DNA of 64,000 nucleotides from an uncultured delta proteobacterium (GCA_963845515.1 CAWJSR010000002.1:96001-160000), one strand, 5' to 3'. Numbered from the stretch's first letter, positions 30,825-41,488 are shown. The notes: generated by a model not told the origin, from the sequence alone. A program made the numbers and translations.

Positions 30825-31433
30825 TCACTTAGCCTTCTGAACTCGGCGATACGCCTTCTGGACCCAGGCGCCAAACTCCTCGCGATCCCATTCGTAGATC
30901 GGAGCGTTCGCACGCGCGAGTGCGTCCGGGATGTCGCCCGGCTCGTCGACTTGGCCGTCCTGGTTCGCAAGCCCGTGGATGCGAATCCCGATGAGCGCGT
31001 TTCCCTGCTCGACGCTTCGCTCGATCTCGTAGGTCACGTACTTCCGCGTGGCCGTTCTGCTTCCGATGAGGACAGCGGTCACGGTGGTGCCCTTCAGGCC
31101 CTTGTCGACTAGGCGTTTGATCGCCGGGTCGCCCTTCTTCTTCGCCTCTTCCCAGAGGCTTGCGTCGGACCAGCCCGCTGCAGCGCTCGCATCGACAACG
31201 CCTGCGTTGCGGATCTGGTTCACCCGCCAGATGTCCCGTTGGTAGTGGAAGGAGAAGAAGACCCTGCGCTTCGGCGCACTCGCCCGAACTCGACGCTTCT
31301 TCTCTTCGGGCTCCGGCGTGGGCGCTGGCGTCTCAGCGGGCGAAAGCGCGGACGCGACTCCAATACCGATCAACGCCAGGGCGCCGACCACAGCCGCGAT
31401 CACCCACCCTGGAATCCTTGCGAGGACTTTCAT
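30825..31433 (-). CDS. thsB: TIR-domain protein (ThsB-like) with N-terminal transmembrane helix
   Basis: IPGWVIAAVVGALALIGIGVASAL, then a Pro/Glu linker, then RRVFFSFHY...YVTYEIERS TIR. Confidence 0.85.
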   Translation of the reverse strand: MKVLARIPGWVIAAVVGALALIGIGVASALSPAETPAPTPEPEEKKRRVRASAPKRRVFFSFHYQRDIWRVNQIRNAGVVDASAAAGWSDASLWEEAKKKGDPAIKRLVDKGLKGTTVTAVLIGSRTATRKYVTYEIERSVEQGNALIGIRIHGLANQDGQVDEPGDIPDALARANAPIYEWDREEFGAWVQKAYRRVQKAK

Positions 31434-31658
31434 GTAGTGGCTAGCGCACTCGGCAGCTACGAGAATTCCACCGCGGCACTGCTCCCCCCCCGGTTCCTAG
31501 GCCTACCGCAGACCTCTGACAGGCGCGTCCGCGGAGCAGCGCTTCCACGCACGATCGACCCCGCGCAGGCCGATCGTGGTGCGCCCCGCTTCGCGGCTCG
31601 CGTTGTTGTGAGGGTCTAGTAGTAGGCTCTCAGAAAGCACCCGGGGGGATCCGCGGAG

Positions 31659-32471
31659 ATGTCCGACCTATCGTCACTTGAGAAGCGCAGGCTCGAGAAG
31701 CTCTTCGGCATGGCCAGCGGCTACGTGCTCGACTTCTCCAACCGCACCTTCGGCGAGTTCGTGACGGAGCACAGCGGCCGCAACGTCTACGCACCGGGCT
31801 ACGACGTCGCCGGCGGCTCCAAGGCCAACCTCCTTCGTCATTTCTGGCATGTGGAGCCCAACCACCTCGTCGGTCGCGTCATCGCCGCGCTGATCGACTT
31901 CGGCCTTGAGACGTCCGCCATTCGGCCGGGCGAAGCCGCCCTCGTCGAGGACTGTAGGCGCATTGCCGCGCGGCTCGGCCAGGCAAGCGCCGTCGTGGAC
32001 TCGGATGCACTGCGGGCACCTGCGGATGACCGCGACTTCGATACCGTCGCGAAGCAGGTGCGAGATGCCATCGACAAGAACGAGCCCGAGGCCGGGCTCG
32101 ACCGCCTCCACACCTTCGTCATCAAGTTCGTGCGGTCGATCGGTGTGGCACGAGGAATCTCGGCCGACCGGGACAAGCCCCTGCACAGCCTCTTCGGCGA
32201 GTACGTCAAGGCGCTGCGCACCGGAGGCCACATCGAGTCACAGATGACGGAGCGGATCCTGAAGTCCAGCATCTCGACGCTGGAGGCCTTCAACGACGTG
32301 CGCAACAACCGAAGCCTCGCGCACGACAACCCGATCTTGAACTACGACGAGAGCCTGCTCATCCTCAACCACATCGCCAGCTCGATCCGTTTCCTGAAGG
32401 CGCTCGAGGATCGGCTCAAGGCACCCTCTGGCTCGCCTCCGACAGCGCCAGGCTCTGACATCCCGTTCTGA
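31659..32471 (+). CDS. abortive infection family protein (AbiJ-like N-terminus plus Abi_C/HEPN)
   Basis: LEKLFGM.SGYVLDFSNRTF, SKANLLR.FW, C-terminal RNNRSLAH (HEPN-type R...H). Confidence 0.8.
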   Translation: MSDLSSLEKRRLEKLFGMASGYVLDFSNRTFGEFVTEHSGRNVYAPGYDVAGGSKANLLRHFWHVEPNHLVGRVIAALIDFGLETSAIRPGEAALVEDCRRIAARLGQASAVVDSDALRAPADDRDFDTVAKQVRDAIDKNEPEAGLDRLHTFVIKFVRSIGVARGISADRDKPLHSLFGEYVKALRTGGHIESQMTERILKSSISTLEAFNDVRNNRSLAHDNPILNYDESLLILNHIASSIRFLKALEDRLKAPSGSPPTAPGSDIPF

Positions 32472-32507
32472 GGACGCCGGGCGGCCCATGCTTCTTGCGG
32501 AGCGCAC

Positions 32508-33146
32508 ATGAAGCTCGATGACGCTTCGAGTTTACAGCCCTGCACGTGGGCCGAGAGCCCGCTCGAGGAGCTGTTCTGGGCGAACACCAAGAGGTACCTG
32601 GCCGAGGGGGTAGTGCCGCACGCCCAGGTCGAAGTCGCGACTCAGTGGGGAGCGTTCCGTCTCGACTTCCTCTTCGAGGTCGAGGGCCGGAAGGTGGCTG
32701 TCGAGTGCGACGGCAAGGACTTCCACAACGCCCGCCGTGACGAGTGGCGAGACGCGTTGATCATGGACGCAGGCGGCGCCGATGAAATCGTGCGCTTCCG
32801 AGGCTGCGATCTGACTTACAGCCTCGAGGACTGCCTGGCGATCTTGCGGTTCTGGGAGCCTGGACTGTTCTCACCAAGGGGTCTGGCTCAACTCGAGGTT
32901 CTCGCCTCGGACGGCGTCCGCCGCTGGCGGGCGGGCGACGGCTTGAAGCGCGAAGCCTTCGCTATCATCCCGTACTCCGAGACAACGGCAGCGCGCGTGG
33001 AGCGGCGGTGTCCATTGCGCGACAAGGACCCCTTCTGGAAGATGCTCGTGGCCCGCGCCAAGGAGATCGGGCCAACGGCCTCGCTCGATGCGCTCCTCGA
33101 CAAGTCGGACGCGACCCCCTGGAAGAAGGCTTGGGAGCGCACATGA
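32508..33146 (+). CDS. DUF559/Vsr-like PD-(D/E)xK endonuclease domain protein
   Basis: ESPLE..F, QVEV...FRLDF...VAVECDGKDFH. Confidence 0.7.
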   Translation: MKLDDASSLQPCTWAESPLEELFWANTKRYLAEGVVPHAQVEVATQWGAFRLDFLFEVEGRKVAVECDGKDFHNARRDEWRDALIMDAGGADEIVRFRGCDLTYSLEDCLAILRFWEPGLFSPRGLAQLEVLASDGVRRWRAGDGLKREAFAIIPYSETTAARVERRCPLRDKDPFWKMLVARAKEIGPTASLDALLDKSDATPWKKAWERT

Positions 33147-33202
33147 GGAGAAGATAGAGGGCGCTGGGTTGCGCACCCCGCTTGGCCGTCTCTTGCCGCG
33201 GC

Positions 33203-35086
33203 TTAGAAACTAGCTCCGGAACGCCCGCGTCGCTGAGAAGCTTGTAGAGATCGGCCACCTTCACGCGCTGACCTCGCCCGCTGCAGAACGTGAAGATCGC
33301 GCGCTGCTTGGCCCTGGAGAGCGCCACGAAGAACGTGGCGGTGCCTTCAGCGTCGCCTGCGCGGTGGCTCCACCATGTCGAGTCGTCGAGCGCCACGAAG
33401 GCGACGGTGTCGTACTCCAGGCCCTTGCTCTTGTGCACTGTCATCAGCGGGATCTGGTCGATACCCTCGAAGATGTCCAAACATTCACCCCAGTTCGCCG
33501 CCGCCTCCGAACTCGCTGCGAGGTGGAGCGCGATCGCTTCGGCCGCGATGACGAGCGTGTCGCCGGCCCCGTATTCCGCGTATGCGCTTGCGATGGCCTG
33601 AAGACCAAGGAAGCGTATGACCTGCTTGGCGAACGTCTCTGCCGCGGCCCCTTCTTGGCCTACGGCACTCATGCGAGTGCGCAACACACGCACGAAGGCG
33701 ACCAACTCGCGCTCGGCCTTGCGCGCGTGTACGTGATCGTCCGCGTCCAGGCCACGAATTCGAAGGATCGCCTCCGTCGCAGTTGCCCAGGCCACGGGAG
33801 CTCGCCGGGATGCAGCCAACCGCAGGATCGCGATCACGACGCGCGTGAGCTCCTCGACGAGGAGGTCCTGCAGCGTCGTCCTACCGATCTTCTTCGACTC
33901 GTTGCGCAGCTTCAGTCCCACCTTTGCGAACGCTGGGCTCAACTGCGCTTCGAATGTGTCCGCCTTCTGCTTGACCAGGATGGCGTAGTCGCGCGGCGCC
34001 AAGGATCTCTTCGCGAGGTCCCCCGCGATCCACTCTGCGATGCGCCGGCCTTCGGAAGACTCGTCGGCGAACTTCCAGATCTGGGCAACATCGCCATCGA
34101 CGGCCTTCTTCGGTGTAGCGGTCACCGGCGCTGCGAACGGATCGATGGCCCGCGCCACGAAGTGCTGAATCCGCACGAGCTTCCCGGCAAGACCGGTGGT
34201 TCAGTTGGAGCGAGTGCGCCTTGGCGACGAACTCGCTCTCGAATCGCTCGAAGGCATCGATCCGTGCGCCTGCCCACACCATGATGCGCTGCTTGGGGTC
34301 GCCCACTGCAGTAACCATCGCGCCCGTGGCACGGAACGCAGTCGCCAGGAAGTCGTACTGGGCGAATGTCGTGTCCTGGAACTCGTCTACGAAGACGTAC
34401 GGGTAGGTAAGCCTCAGCGCCCGAACGATCTCTGGCCGAGCACGCAGCAGCAGTTCCGCCAGCCGGTTGATGAGGACAAAGGTCAGAGCGGACTTCGGGT
34501 TCCGGCGCAGGTACGCCGTCCACCACATTGAGACTGCAAACTCCGACGCAGACCCGGGTGTCCATGGGCCTGTGGGAAGGCGCGTAGTGCCAACCTGCTC
34601 CGCCTCGAAACTTCCCTCATCGAGTGCAGCGACATCAGCCCGCCACTCGACCGGTGCTGCTTGCCGAACGCTCGTGAGGGTGGCGCCCACGTCCCTCCGT
34701 AGTGGAAACGCCACGTCGTACGGATACGTCGGGCGCCACGCCGGCGGCAGCGCGCCGTGAAACCGATCGACCAGTCCCTTCGTAAACGAGTCGAACGTCA
34801 TTGAGATGAAGCGGCGTGCCAGCGCCGGGTCGCAACGCTGTCGCACGCGCGCCGCGAGGTTGGCCGCCGCATCTCGCTTGAAGCTGATCGCAAGAATCCG
34901 GTGCGGCCTCGCGCACCTTCCCGTCTGGAGGAGATACGCGGCGCGCTGGGCCAGGAACTCGGTCTTACCCGCACCTGGCCCTGCCACGACCTTGGCGCTT
35001 CCCGGATGACGGAGCGCTCGCCACGCACCGGGCTCGAGTTCCTCGATTCCAGACGGCCGCCACTGTTCGGGGTCGATGAGCGCCAC
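33203..35086 (-). CDS. gajB: UvrD-like helicase, Gabija GajB (apparent frameshifts ~34185 and at the extreme 3' end)
   Basis: AGPGAGKT, ISFKRDAA, VDEFQDT, VGDPKQRIM, TVHKSKGLEYD, FFVALSRAK; 4 nt after gajA. Confidence 0.85.
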
Positions 35087-35090
35087 TGCT

Positions 35091-37073
35091 TCAGCGCTCC
35101 TTCTTCGATCCCGCCTTCGTGGAGCCAGGGAACACGACGTCGTTCACGTGCTGTAGTAGCGCTGCAAGCGCCTTGGGGGTCTTCTTCTTGAGTTCATCGA
35201 GGGGGACCCTGCCAAGTGCTTGAATGTGGGTGGTCGGCTTCCCTCGGCCAAGAAACAGGTAGCGGTACCAAAGGAAGTCCTCGTCCCACTCTTCAGGATA
35301 GAAGTCCGGTGCGCCCTCGTCGCCCAGCACTGCGTTCTTCGCGTCGCCCGTCGATGAGGGCCCTTTCATCCCTTCACCTAGGGCGCAATAGGCACGTCGA
35401 AAGGCCCTCAGCATCGTCATGTCCAAGTCCAAGCTTCCGCTGAAGTAGACGCCGAACTCTTGCAGCTTCTCCCGCCAGGGAGTCATCTCCTTCACCGAGA
35501 GGTGTCGCTCGTCAAAGGATGTCAGCTCCGCGTCCACCATCTTCTTCGACAGCGGCCTTCCGAAGAGATCCTTGGGGGCTCGCCCGTTCGCCAAGAGTTC
35601 TCGGCATGCGATCTTGATGCGCCCCCAACCTCCGCCGGCTCGACCAGCGTCCAGATCGAGGAGCGTCGCGTGCGGGATTTCCAGGTCGTTCAGGAGGCGC
35701 CACAGGTGGTTGACGTGCCGCCCCCCGAGCGGCACCACCGCCACGAATGAGCGGTCGATCGGCAGCCCCATCGCTTCGGCCAGACGAGGGAGAACGATCT
35801 CTTCCGAGCTGCCCTCCCCGAGAATCACGTATCGTGCAAAGTACAGTTCGGGATACGTGCGAACCGCCTCACGAACGAACTTGCCAGCCTCCTCGTCGCC
35901 CTCGGGCATTTGGATGGCGCGCACCTGGGCAGTGCGTGTCGCTGAGTCGAGCCGAAAGTGGCGCACGTGTGTTGGCTCGACGCGCGCCAGAATGCTCGCA
36001 GAATGACTCGACACAACCGCCTGAGCGCGCACTCCAGCGGTCAGGTCGTCGAGCTGCCGCACGATCCGGGAGAGATAGAATGGGGCGAGGTTGTTTTCGG
36101 GCTCCTCAAGCGCAACTAGCGTCAGCGCCGGCAGCGCGATCGCATCTGCCTGAAAGGCTTGGCCCGGCGAGGTGGAAATCCTCTCCTCAACGTCCAACGT
36201 CGCCGCCGTCATCGCAATGTGGAAGAGAGACCGCTGGCCGTCGCTAAGATCCTCAATGGCCCGGTCGCGGCCGGCCTCGTCGGGCTGAAAGAGCACCTCG
36301 ACCTTGCGGCTGAACGCCTCGAGGCGCACATCTACCGGTCGCAGGATCGGGCTCGTGTCGGTGCCCGCCGAGTAGACCTCCTTCCACCGACGCTCTATCG
36401 CCCTTCCGATGACCTCAATGCCCGGTACCTCAGCGAACGCTGAGTTGAGCTTCTCGCCACTCGACGCGAGGACATCCCGCACCGAGCCGGGCCACGTGAT
36501 GGCTCGCCATAGGCGTCCGCGCAGCAACGCGGTCACCTGCGACGCCGCGTCCCTCAGGGCCGGCACGTACACCATCTGAATGCGTGCGCGATCCGGCGCC
36601 TTCAGGTCGCTACATTCGTCGTCTTTGAACTCGGTGGCGAGTGTCCGGACAGCTCTGTACTTGGGGTCGATGACCCCCTCGAGAGAGCCGTCGTCCGTCC
36701 ACGTCGCGTCGAGTCGGAGACGACACTTCAGCTTCCCGTGTTCGTCGCAAGCCATCTGCTGGAAGAACTCAGGAATCGCGTCGGACGCCTCGACGTCCTC
36801 CTCGTCGAGTTCGGGGAACGCCAGAATCACCTCGAGCGCGAGCGTACGGCTCAACGGCGAGGACTCTTCCTCCATGGGAATATGGAAGTCCTGGCGCCGC
36901 AGCCTGCGCTGCTCACTCGTGACGCCGAACAGGCGCAGCAGTGCCTGCATGACAGCCGTCTTGCCCGCGCCATTCGCGCCGACGAAGGCCGTCGTCCCGG
37001 CGGCCAACTCGATGGTCTGCGACCCCGGGCCGAAGCAGCGGAAGTTGGTCAGTTCCAGGCGTTCGATGAACAT
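35091..37073 (-). CDS. gajA: OLD-family ABC ATPase-TOPRIM nuclease, Gabija GajA
   Basis: NFRCFG, VGANGAGKT, LSDGQRS, LEEPENNL, SSHS, TOPRIM ILGEGSSEE...GG...LLDLD. Confidence 0.9.
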   Translation of the reverse strand: MFIERLELTNFRCFGPGSQTIELAAGTTAFVGANGAGKTAVMQALLRLFGVTSEQRRLRRQDFHIPMEEESSPLSRTLALEVILAFPELDEEDVEASDAIPEFFQQMACDEHGKLKCRLRLDATWTDDGSLEGVIDPKYRAVRTLATEFKDDECSDLKAPDRARIQMVYVPALRDAASQVTALLRGRLWRAITWPGSVRDVLASSGEKLNSAFAEVPGIEVIGRAIERRWKEVYSAGTDTSPILRPVDVRLEAFSRKVEVLFQPDEAGRDRAIEDLSDGQRSLFHIAMTAATLDVEERISTSPGQAFQADAIALPALTLVALEEPENNLAPFYLSRIVRQLDDLTAGVRAQAVVSSHSASILARVEPTHVRHFRLDSATRTAQVRAIQMPEGDEEAGKFVREAVRTYPELYFARYVILGEGSSEEIVLPRLAEAMGLPIDRSFVAVVPLGGRHVNHLWRLLNDLEIPHATLLDLDAGRAGGGWGRIKIACRELLANGRAPKDLFGRPLSKKMVDAELTSFDERHLSVKEMTPWREKLQEFGVYFSGSLDLDMTMLRAFRRAYCALGEGMKGPSSTGDAKNAVLGDEGAPDFYPEEWDEDFLWYRYLFLGRGKPTTHIQALGRVPLDELKKKTPKALAALLQHVNDVVFPGSTKAGSKKER

Positions 37074-37116
37074 GCTCCGCATCTCACCACTAGTGAGCGT
37101 GGCAAGGCGAGCACCT

Positions 37117-37503
37117 TCATCGAAGCAGTGCAGCGACGGCCGCCCACGGGAGGACCCGGCGCATGGCGGCACTCTGCGCCGCGTTCCGCGGCCCTGCGGC
37201 CAGCACCGCCTTCCTCGCTAAGAGCAGAGCGGCGCGCGGGGCTCCCGATGCCTCCGCAAGCCAGAGGAGGCCCGCAGCGCACTGGAACTGGTTGTAGACG
37301 AACCGGGCGGACCGGTTCCAGTTGGCGCGCCCGTAGAATCCGGGGCCGTCGTACTCGCCGAGCCAGCCGAGCAGATGCTGCTTCTGGCGACCCTCCCAGC
37401 CAGAGCCACGATCGAGACCCGCCATCGCGCGCTCCAGGCTATCGGTGATCGGGGTTTCCGCGGCGAGCGGCAGGATGAGCTTCCGAAGCGCGGCTGGGGA
37501 CAT
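37117..37503 (-). CDS. hypothetical protein (helical, Trp/Tyr-rich)
   Basis: QKQHLLGWLGEYDGPGFYGR...VYNQFQC..LLWLAEA; co-oriented just upstream of gajA; start uncertain. Confidence 0.6.
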   Translation of the reverse strand: MSPAALRKLILPLAAETPITDSLERAMAGLDRGSGWEGRQKQHLLGWLGEYDGPGFYGRANWNRSARFVYNQFQCAAGLLWLAEASGAPRAALLLARKAVLAAGPRNAAQSAAMRRVLPWAAVAALLR

Positions 37504-37595
37504 CGAGTCTGCGCTCGGCTTCGCCAGTCCTCGGACGGGCGTCGCCATGTTGCGTCGCGCCTTCACCATGCCTAGCGGCCTCCTCGTCGGATCAG

Positions 37596-37883
37596 CTAGC
37601 CCTTCCTCTTGTCCCAGTTCTTGAGACTCGCGACCCTGACAATGTGAAGCTCGTACTCCTCGCTCCGCCGGTTTGTCCGCACCTTCCCGATGACGACTGT
37701 TACCTCCGGCGCCTTCGCCTGCATCCCATTGATGAGCCGCAGCTCGAAGGGCGGCGTCACCTTGGACAGGCGGTTCGTCCAGTAGGGCTTCAGCTCGCGG
37801 TACTCGATGGTCTTCGACCCATCGACGATAGCCGCCAGCCACCTTCGCTCGATGGTGGTCGTGATCCTCTTCATCGCCTTCAT
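37596..37883 (-). CDS. ASCH (PUA-like) domain protein
   Basis: AIVDGSKTIEYRELKPYW (GxKxxExR motif); GGGAG RBS. Confidence 0.8.
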   Translation of the reverse strand: MKAMKRITTTIERRWLAAIVDGSKTIEYRELKPYWTNRLSKVTPPFELRLINGMQAKAPEVTVVIGKVRTNRRSEEYELHIVRVASLKNWDKRKG

Positions 37884-37956
37884 GCCGTTCTCCCTGCAAC
37901 TCTTCTAGGGAATCCCCGCATCCCCGTCCCCGGCACCGCGAGGTGTCACCGGGGGC

Positions 37957-38713
37957 TCAGGCAGGCGTGGGAACGGGCGAGATCTGATGTCCGTGGAGAA
38001 ACCCGCCGTCCACGTGATTCTCGACGTTGATCAGGACTTCGTAGTCTGGGCGGAACCTGTCTCGGTGCTGAACGTTCAACTCGGGCTGGAGCTGGTAGAT
38101 GAGCGCCGCCTCGATGCTTCGCAACAGGGCCAACGCGAAGGTCAGAGGCGACACCCATTCCAGGGGAAGGTAGCTGTTGAAGCCAAATTCGCGCGGCCCT
38201 GGAGGGTGCGACTTCAGGAGCATTACGGCTCCGAGATACAGCCACTTCTCCATGCCGTCGTAAGTGGGTGCCAACAGTTTCCGAAACGCGTCATGGCCGC
38301 CAGCGAAGCGTGAGGAACCGGACGAGGTCTTGCCCACGTACACGGCCCGCTCAACACCTCCGCTGCGAACGCTCATGATGTAGATGGGAAGACAGGCGCT
38401 GGGTGGAGCGCCAAGGACTCGAAGTATGTCCTCCGCCTCGTCGTTGCCGAGCCATCCGGGCTCGGATGAGTTGATCGCCTTCAAAGCTGCGTCGAGAAAC
38501 TCCCGCGTGGTCTTCCAGGAGTCCTCGAGACTCTGGGCCGGGACTTGATCGGCGTCGTGAAGTGGCAGCCGGCGCTCGAGGCCAAGGAAACCGCCTATGG
38601 TCAGATCGGGACGAAGCGTTTCAAGCGTGGCAACTGGGGGCAACGCTGCCTGGCCCCGAAGCCACATTCCGAGCGGCGAAGAGCTTCCACTCCGGCCTCG
38701 CCACGTTCGTCAC
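37957..38713 (-). CDS. GIY-YIG-like nuclease (apparent frameshift near the 5' end)
   Basis: PIYIM...AVYVGKT....RF..GH, IEAALI...QPELN; GTG 38713 overlaps the hsdM stop. Confidence 0.55.
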
Positions 38714-40210
38714 CGCCTTCCGCCCAGATCCGCCTGAATCGCCTCGAACTGCTCCAGCGCCGCCTGCAGGTCCTCGACGATCTCCGCCGCGATCACGTCC
38801 GGCGCCGGCAGGTTCGCCGAGTCCTCCAGGCTCTCGTCCTTGAGCCAGAAGATGTCGAGGTTCACCTTGTCCCGCGCGACCAGCTCGTCGATGCGAAGGC
38901 GCGCCAGCGGCCCTCGGGCTTCTTCTCGCTCCAGGTCGCCTTGCGCTCGTGGCGGTTCGCCGGGCTTGTAGACACTCGACGAACTCGTCGAGGTCCTCGC
39001 GCTTGAGCGGGTTCGTCTTGAGCGTGAAGTGCATGTTGGTCCGCAGGTCGTAGATCCAGAGCTTCTTCGTCCACGGCTTCTGCGGCGCCGGGCTTGCGGT
39101 CGAAGAACAGGACGTTGGCCTTCACGCCCTGGGCGTAGAAGATGCCGGTCGGCAGCCGCAGCAGGGTGTGGACGTCGCACTCCTGGAGCAGCTTCCGGCG
39201 GACCGTCTCGCCGGCGCCGCCCTCGAAGAGCACGTTGTCGGGCACGACGACGGCGGCCCGGCCGTTGATCTTCAGCAGCGTCTTGACGTGCTGGACGAAG
39301 TTGAGCTGCTTGTTCTTGGTGCGTGGCCCAGAAGTCGTCGCGCTCGATAGGTGAGCGTCTCCTTCTCGGTCTCGCCCTCCTCGTTGACGATGGTGATGCT
39401 CGACTTCTTGCCGAACGGCGGATTGGTCAGCACCATGCTCGAACCGGTCGCCGGGGTCGCTGCGCGAGGCGTCGTCCACCGCGATCGGGTCGGTCTCGTC
39501 GTCGGCGCCGATGCCGTGCAGGAAGAGGTTCATGGCGCAGAGCCGGGCGGTGCTGTCCACGAGCTCCCAGCCCGCGGAGCGCGTCGAGCCTGCAGGTGCT
39601 TCTTCTGGTCCTTGTCGAGCTTGTGGTGCTTCGGCGACGTAGTCGTGGGCGGCGAGCAGGAAGCCGCCGGTGCCGCAGGCCGGGTCGCAGATCGTCTCGC
39701 CCGGCGCGGGCTGCATCACGTCGACGATGGCCTTGATGAGGGCGCGGGGCGTGAAGTACTGCCCGGCGCCGCTCTTGGCGTCCTGGGCGTTCTTCTCCAG
39801 CAGCCCCTCGTAGACGTCGCCCTTCACGTCGGCGTCGAGCGACGACCACTGCTCGCGTGTCGATCAGGTCGACGATCAGCCGCCGGAGCTTGGCCGGGTC
39901 CTGGATCTTGTTCTGGGCCTTCCGGAAGATGACGCCGAGCATCCCCGGCTGCTTGCCCGAGCTCCTCCAGGACGTGCCGGTAGTGGGCCTCCAGCTCGTC
40001 GCCGTCCCGCTTCAGCAGGCTCGGCCAGTCGCAGTCCGTCGGGAACGGCGACGGCTTGTTCCACGGCGGCTGCGTCTGCTCGTCGGCCATCTTCAGGAAG
40101 AGCAGGAAGGTGAGCTGCTCGACGTAGTCGCCGTAGGAGAGGCCGTCGTCGCGCAGGACGTTGCAGAAGTTCCAGAGCTTCTTGACGATCTGCTGGGAGT
40201 CGTTCGCCAC
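38710..40210 (-). CDS. hsdM: type I RM methyltransferase subunit (multiple apparent frameshifts)
   Basis: LWNFCNVLRDDGLSYGDYVEQLT, GAGQYFTPR, DPACGTGGFL, NPPFGKK (shifted), VVVPDNVLFEGGAGE, LRLPTGIFYAQGVKANVLFF. Confidence 0.9.
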
Positions 40211-40212
40211 GG

Positions 40213-41488
40213 TTACGCTTCCTCGGAGATGGCGGGTGGACTAACTCGCCGTCGACGAGGCTGCCCGTCGAAGGCAGCCTTAAGGACGGCCGCTCGCAGT
40301 CGGCTGGCACGACTAAGGGAGACGGAGGAGGTCGTCAGCACGGCGTCAGCGTCGGAGAGGCGCTCGTCAATGCGAGCTGCGATCCGCTCCTGGTCCGCGA
40401 GGCCCGGAGGAGGAACGGATAGGGCCTCGATGGTCGGCTGACTGATCTTGGGCATGCTACCGGCGACGCCTTGTGCCGCCTTGCGGAAGTAGGAGCGAGC
40501 GGCATCGGACGCGAAGAAGTGCTCGATGAAGCGGTCGCACACCCCTTCTCTGAGCCGCGCGCGGATAAGCAGGTCCGGGAAGATCGCCCAGCGCGTGTGT
40601 CCTCGAAAATACCCGTGCGGTTCCAACCAGCTCCGGCGTATTGGAGCGCTCCACCAAGAGGTCGCCGGGCTCAAGCCACGAGGATCCTTGACCTTCTCAG
40701 GATCCGCGCCTGTAACCTTGGTGTTGCTCTCGCTGAAGTCGCCGTAGGTCACGGCCGTCAGTGTGAGCGTCCGGATGCCAGCGGCGGCGTCGGTCTTTGG
40801 AGCAGAGTGCCCGTTGCGGAGGGGCTCTCGCAGGAGGTCCCTAAAGGCGACGCGAGGCCAGTCGCCGCCGAAGGCCGTCCTTCAGCACCGCCGCCCGGTA
40901 GCGTCGAAGGTGCGCCTGAAGCCGCTTGAGCGCCTCGACCCCAGCGTCGAGCCGGGTGAACTGCTTCTCGATCTCCGCGACGATCTTCACCTGGACCGGA
41001 TCGGGGGCCCACGGGATGTCGAGCGCCCTGATGTCATCGAGTCCCAGGCCCTTCTTGGTGGCTCCACGTTCAAGCGCCGCCAGTTGGCGCTGCCCGTCAG
41101 GGCTCACGATGAACCACGCCAAGTACCTTGCGTTGATGCCAGGCCTTGGGCGGATCACGGGCAATGTGCTGGTTGATGTAGGCGTCACCGAGGCCATCCG
41201 GGACCACAGCAACGGAGCCGATGTCGGCGGTGATCGACACGAGTACGTCGCCCGGCTGTGACACGGGTTCGCGTGCCTTCAGCCCCAGCCGGGGCGACGA
41301 ACATGCTGGATGTCCCGAAGGTCGAGCGCGACCGTGCCGCGATCCAGGTTCCCGATCCGGAGAAACGTGGGTCCGTCCTCGCTGTAGTACTTGGCCCAGC
41401 CACGGGACCCGCTGGTCACGAACTCGAAGAGTTCCCGACCAGTCCGGCTTTCCCACCCTGCTGGATGAACCTGACCGCTCGTGCTCAC
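40213..41488 (-). CDS. hsdS: type I RM specificity subunit (apparent frameshifts)
   Basis: Two TRDs each followed by conserved helices ([17 protein letters not shown]...[22 protein letters not shown]...[10 protein letters not shown]). Confidence 0.85.

Noticed and set aside
29873..30970. SIR2 and SLOG as two separate genes, as in the ORF track
   Set aside because: One base restores ...ELT-R-RVDRRNIFISGSA continuity, matching single-chain ThsA; the ORF-track start at 30970 overlaps the TIR gene.
32965..33202. GajB C-terminal extension overlapping the DUF559-like gene
   Set aside because: Low-complexity read-through; one extra T gives ...GVPELVF* at 33203 and removes the convergent overlap.
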